Part shown: piece by piece, positions 47,648-49,286 of the stretch
Numbering within the stretch: the first letter of the stretch is position 1
How the letters are laid out: each line of letters begins with the position of its first letter
Assembly (NCBI GenBank): GCA_045629825.1
Contig: JAZQRY010000057.1
Span: 1 to 49,286, forward strand
DNA: 49,286 nt
From: Candidatus Nanosyncoccus sp.
GTDB taxonomy: Bacteria; Patescibacteriota; Saccharimonadia; Saccharimonadales; Saccharimonadaceae
Direction: 5' to 3'
The notes under the pieces: model-generated
The model's input: the letters and a program-made list of their open reading frames with translations, nothing else
Databases searched by the model: none
What the model was told of the DNA's origin: nothing
Made by a program: the position numbers and the translations under genes

Positions 47648-48934
47648 CTACTCTTCCTTCGCGCCTTTGCTTCTATTGCATCGCCAGCATAGGGTCTGGA
47701 GGTTTTCTTCTGATGTTATCCCGCCCTTTGACAGAGGCTTAATATGATCAATTTCTAGTAGCAAATTCGGTTCTTTGTAGACGCTCGCACTACATTTCTT
47801 GCACGTATAATCATCTCTCTTTTTTATTAATTCCCTTAAAGTGCTAGTCATCAAAGCACGCTGCCCCGCGACAGATTTACGCCAGTTTATTTGCGAATTC
47901 AAGTATTCAATAAAGCCCTCTAGCCGTTCTAGATTCAATTCGAAAGTACTATCAATATTGCTATTTCCACCCGGACTCACATATAAAAATCTAAATTTCG
48001 GATAAATAATCTTTTTCATCTTCACCGGCTTAAAGCCTAGCTCTCTAACTAACCGATTTGGCGTATATTTAATCACATAATCTGGCACCTTATCACTAAT
48101 GCTCGCAAATAAATCATTCCTTACTCTGGGAAGTAGCGTCTGACCCTGGACTGCCGCCGAAAAATTATTAAACATTTCTTCGAAACCATTCAAGTTTTCT
48201 TCATTTGGCTCAATATTGAAATATTTACAGATATATTTATAGGGATTATTTCTTGCATTCATTGCTGTCTGCGCGGAGCAATGGTGCGTATTTTTACTAT
48301 TATCTAATAATTTCCAACCTTCCCGTTTATAGTTGTAATTTCCTCCACTCGTCAAGCTAGCCTTTTCGTGAGGCGCATCGTTTTCTCCTATTTGTATATC
48401 CTTCAGATCCTCAATGTGCTGGTTTAATTCGTTCGCTTCTTCCGCATTTTTCTCAACCTGACGTTTTAGCTTTTTAAATTCTTCCGAATCGTAATATTTC
48501 TCTACCTTTTTCTTTTGGTCTAATAAATACAATCCACAGAAAAACGGAATAATCAAAAACGAGCCGATAAATGAAAGCACAATCGCGGAATTGAAATCAA
48601 AGTCAGAACTCCTCTCTTTCAGTGCGAGGCTCAGTTTATTGGGAATCAAAGATTCTTCTTTAACTACCACCTCGGGAGTGGCGCTCTGTGTTGCACCGTT
48701 ATTCGTGACCGCCCTTTCATCAAATTCTTTCATTGAGCCTATCAAGACGTCACGAGGTCTATTGCCATCAGCAGGGCCAATCACACCGATTTCCTCTAGC
48801 CAGTCAGCTAATCCAGCCACGAACCCATGCCCTTTCCCTAAATAAGTTTGAAGCATCGCCGTAGAAAATTTCTCTTTATCTAGCGAAATTTCCACCGCTT
48901 TACGAACTACTGGATCGTTCGGGTCAAATCTCAT
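47648..48934 (-). CDS. FtsK-gamma-like domain / TM / HNH endonuclease fusion
   Basis: N-terminal DP...AVEI...STAMLQ..LG.G....LEE.GVIGPADGNRPRDVL; hydrophobic segment; C-terminal RDDYTCKKC...IDHIKPLSKGG....NLQTLCWRCNRSK; start at 48934 after TGTTATAAT. Confidence 0.85.
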   Translation of the reverse strand: MRFDPNDPVVRKAVEISLDKEKFSTAMLQTYLGKGHGFVAGLADWLEEIGVIGPADGNRPRDVLIGSMKEFDERAVTNNGATQSATPEVVVKEESLIPNKLSLALKERSSDFDFNSAIVLSFIGSFLIIPFFCGLYLLDQKKKVEKYYDSEEFKKLKRQVEKNAEEANELNQHIEDLKDIQIGENDAPHEKASLTSGGNYNYKREGWKLLDNSKNTHHCSAQTAMNARNNPYKYICKYFNIEPNEENLNGFEEMFNNFSAAVQGQTLLPRVRNDLFASISDKVPDYVIKYTPNRLVRELGFKPVKMKKIIYPKFRFLYVSPGGNSNIDSTFELNLERLEGFIEYLNSQINWRKSVAGQRALMTSTLRELIKKRDDYTCKKCSASVYKEPNLLLEIDHIKPLSKGGITSEENLQTLCWRCNRSKGAKEE

Positions 48935-48957
48935 AAGCCTTATTATAACATAGCTAC

Positions 48958-49286
48958 TTAAATCTTGATTTCTTCTCTCCGCTTCCCATTTTTTGGCCAA
49001 TATTGCAGCTTACTCGGGATCCTCGTCCGAATTTTATTTGGCGAAAGCACCGCTTGATCAATTTCTCTTGCGAGCCTGAGAGCCATCGTCGCATTTTTGC
49101 GTGGCTTTCGCCCATAATCAAGAATGTTAAAACCATCAAAAGCAACGCTTCGTTCCTCATCCGAAAAAACGAATGAATACATTTCCCCAACCAGTACATC
49201 ATTTGGTTCCAATAGCTTTGGGATTTCAAACACCCCAGGCATCTTCCGGATGAAGTCGGATCGTAGACATGTCGTTCTGTGGGCCA
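48958..49286 (-). CDS. Hypothetical protein, 3' part only; runs off window end
   Basis: The frame of the 94-aa ORF stays open to the window edge. Confidence 0.45.
   Translation of the reverse strand, partial: AHRTTCLRSDFIRKMPGVFEIPKLLEPNDVLVGEMYSFVFSDEERSVAFDGFNILDYGRKPRKNATMALRLAREIDQAVLSPNKIRTRIPSKLQYWPKNGKRREEIKI

Noticed and set aside
503-48845. Many short ORFs antisense to or nested in housekeeping genes (e.g. 1322-1807, 23945-24637, 35442-36005)
   Set aside because: Shadow ORFs of well-supported genes, with no motifs or translation signals
1-49286. Alternative genetic code (UGA=Gly as in Gracilibacteria/SR1)
   Set aside because: Conserved genes are full length in code 11, and TGA ends frr, mcrB and others at expected positions
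40410-49286. Prophage or integrative element at the right end
   Set aside because: No integrase, transposase, structural or replication genes, and no bounding repeats visible; treated as an accessory cluster only

Overview
This 49.3 kb window is most consistent with Candidatus Saccharibacteria (CPR/TM7), using genetic code 11. That taxonomy is inferred from gene content, a short ProRS, the EF-G 'TGGDGRG' variant and the loss of pyrH/cdsA/dxr from the frr-uppS-rseP cluster; no database search was possible. The backbone is housekeeping: a fragmented str/S10 region (rpsL-rpsG, fusA, tuf and rpsJ in separate units), rpsB-tsf, L31, frr-uppS-rseP-CPBP-proS, greA, uvrB, uvrC, secG, a peptide SBP, tRNA-Leu(GAG), an amino-acid ABC transporter, eno, a gap-rpiB-rpe-pfkB-LOG operon and tig. 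Accessory content includes a 1246-aa thioester/isopeptide/ester-type surface adhesin with 4 x ~351-bp repeats, PNTG-anchored surface proteins and a DUF1810-fusion gene beside an att-like tRNA duplication. The right end carries a defence-like cluster: EVE-McrB/McrC, a VanY-like peptidase, an RHH two-gene operon, a CdiA-C-like PD-(D/E)XK nuclease and an FtsK-gamma/TM/HNH fusion. The most notable observations are: (1) a stand-alone tRNase-like nuclease gene whose last codons contain a near-consensus promoter for a ~50-nt hairpin RNA, a candidate protein-toxin/RNA-antitoxin module; (2) palindromic elements translated in frame inside uvrB (117 bp, GC-rich) and uvrC; (3) a structured ~150-190 nt orphan RNA candidate; (4) widespread leaderless promoters; (5) single-base changes at invariant residues of EF-Tu, EF-G and other core proteins, most likely sequence noise.
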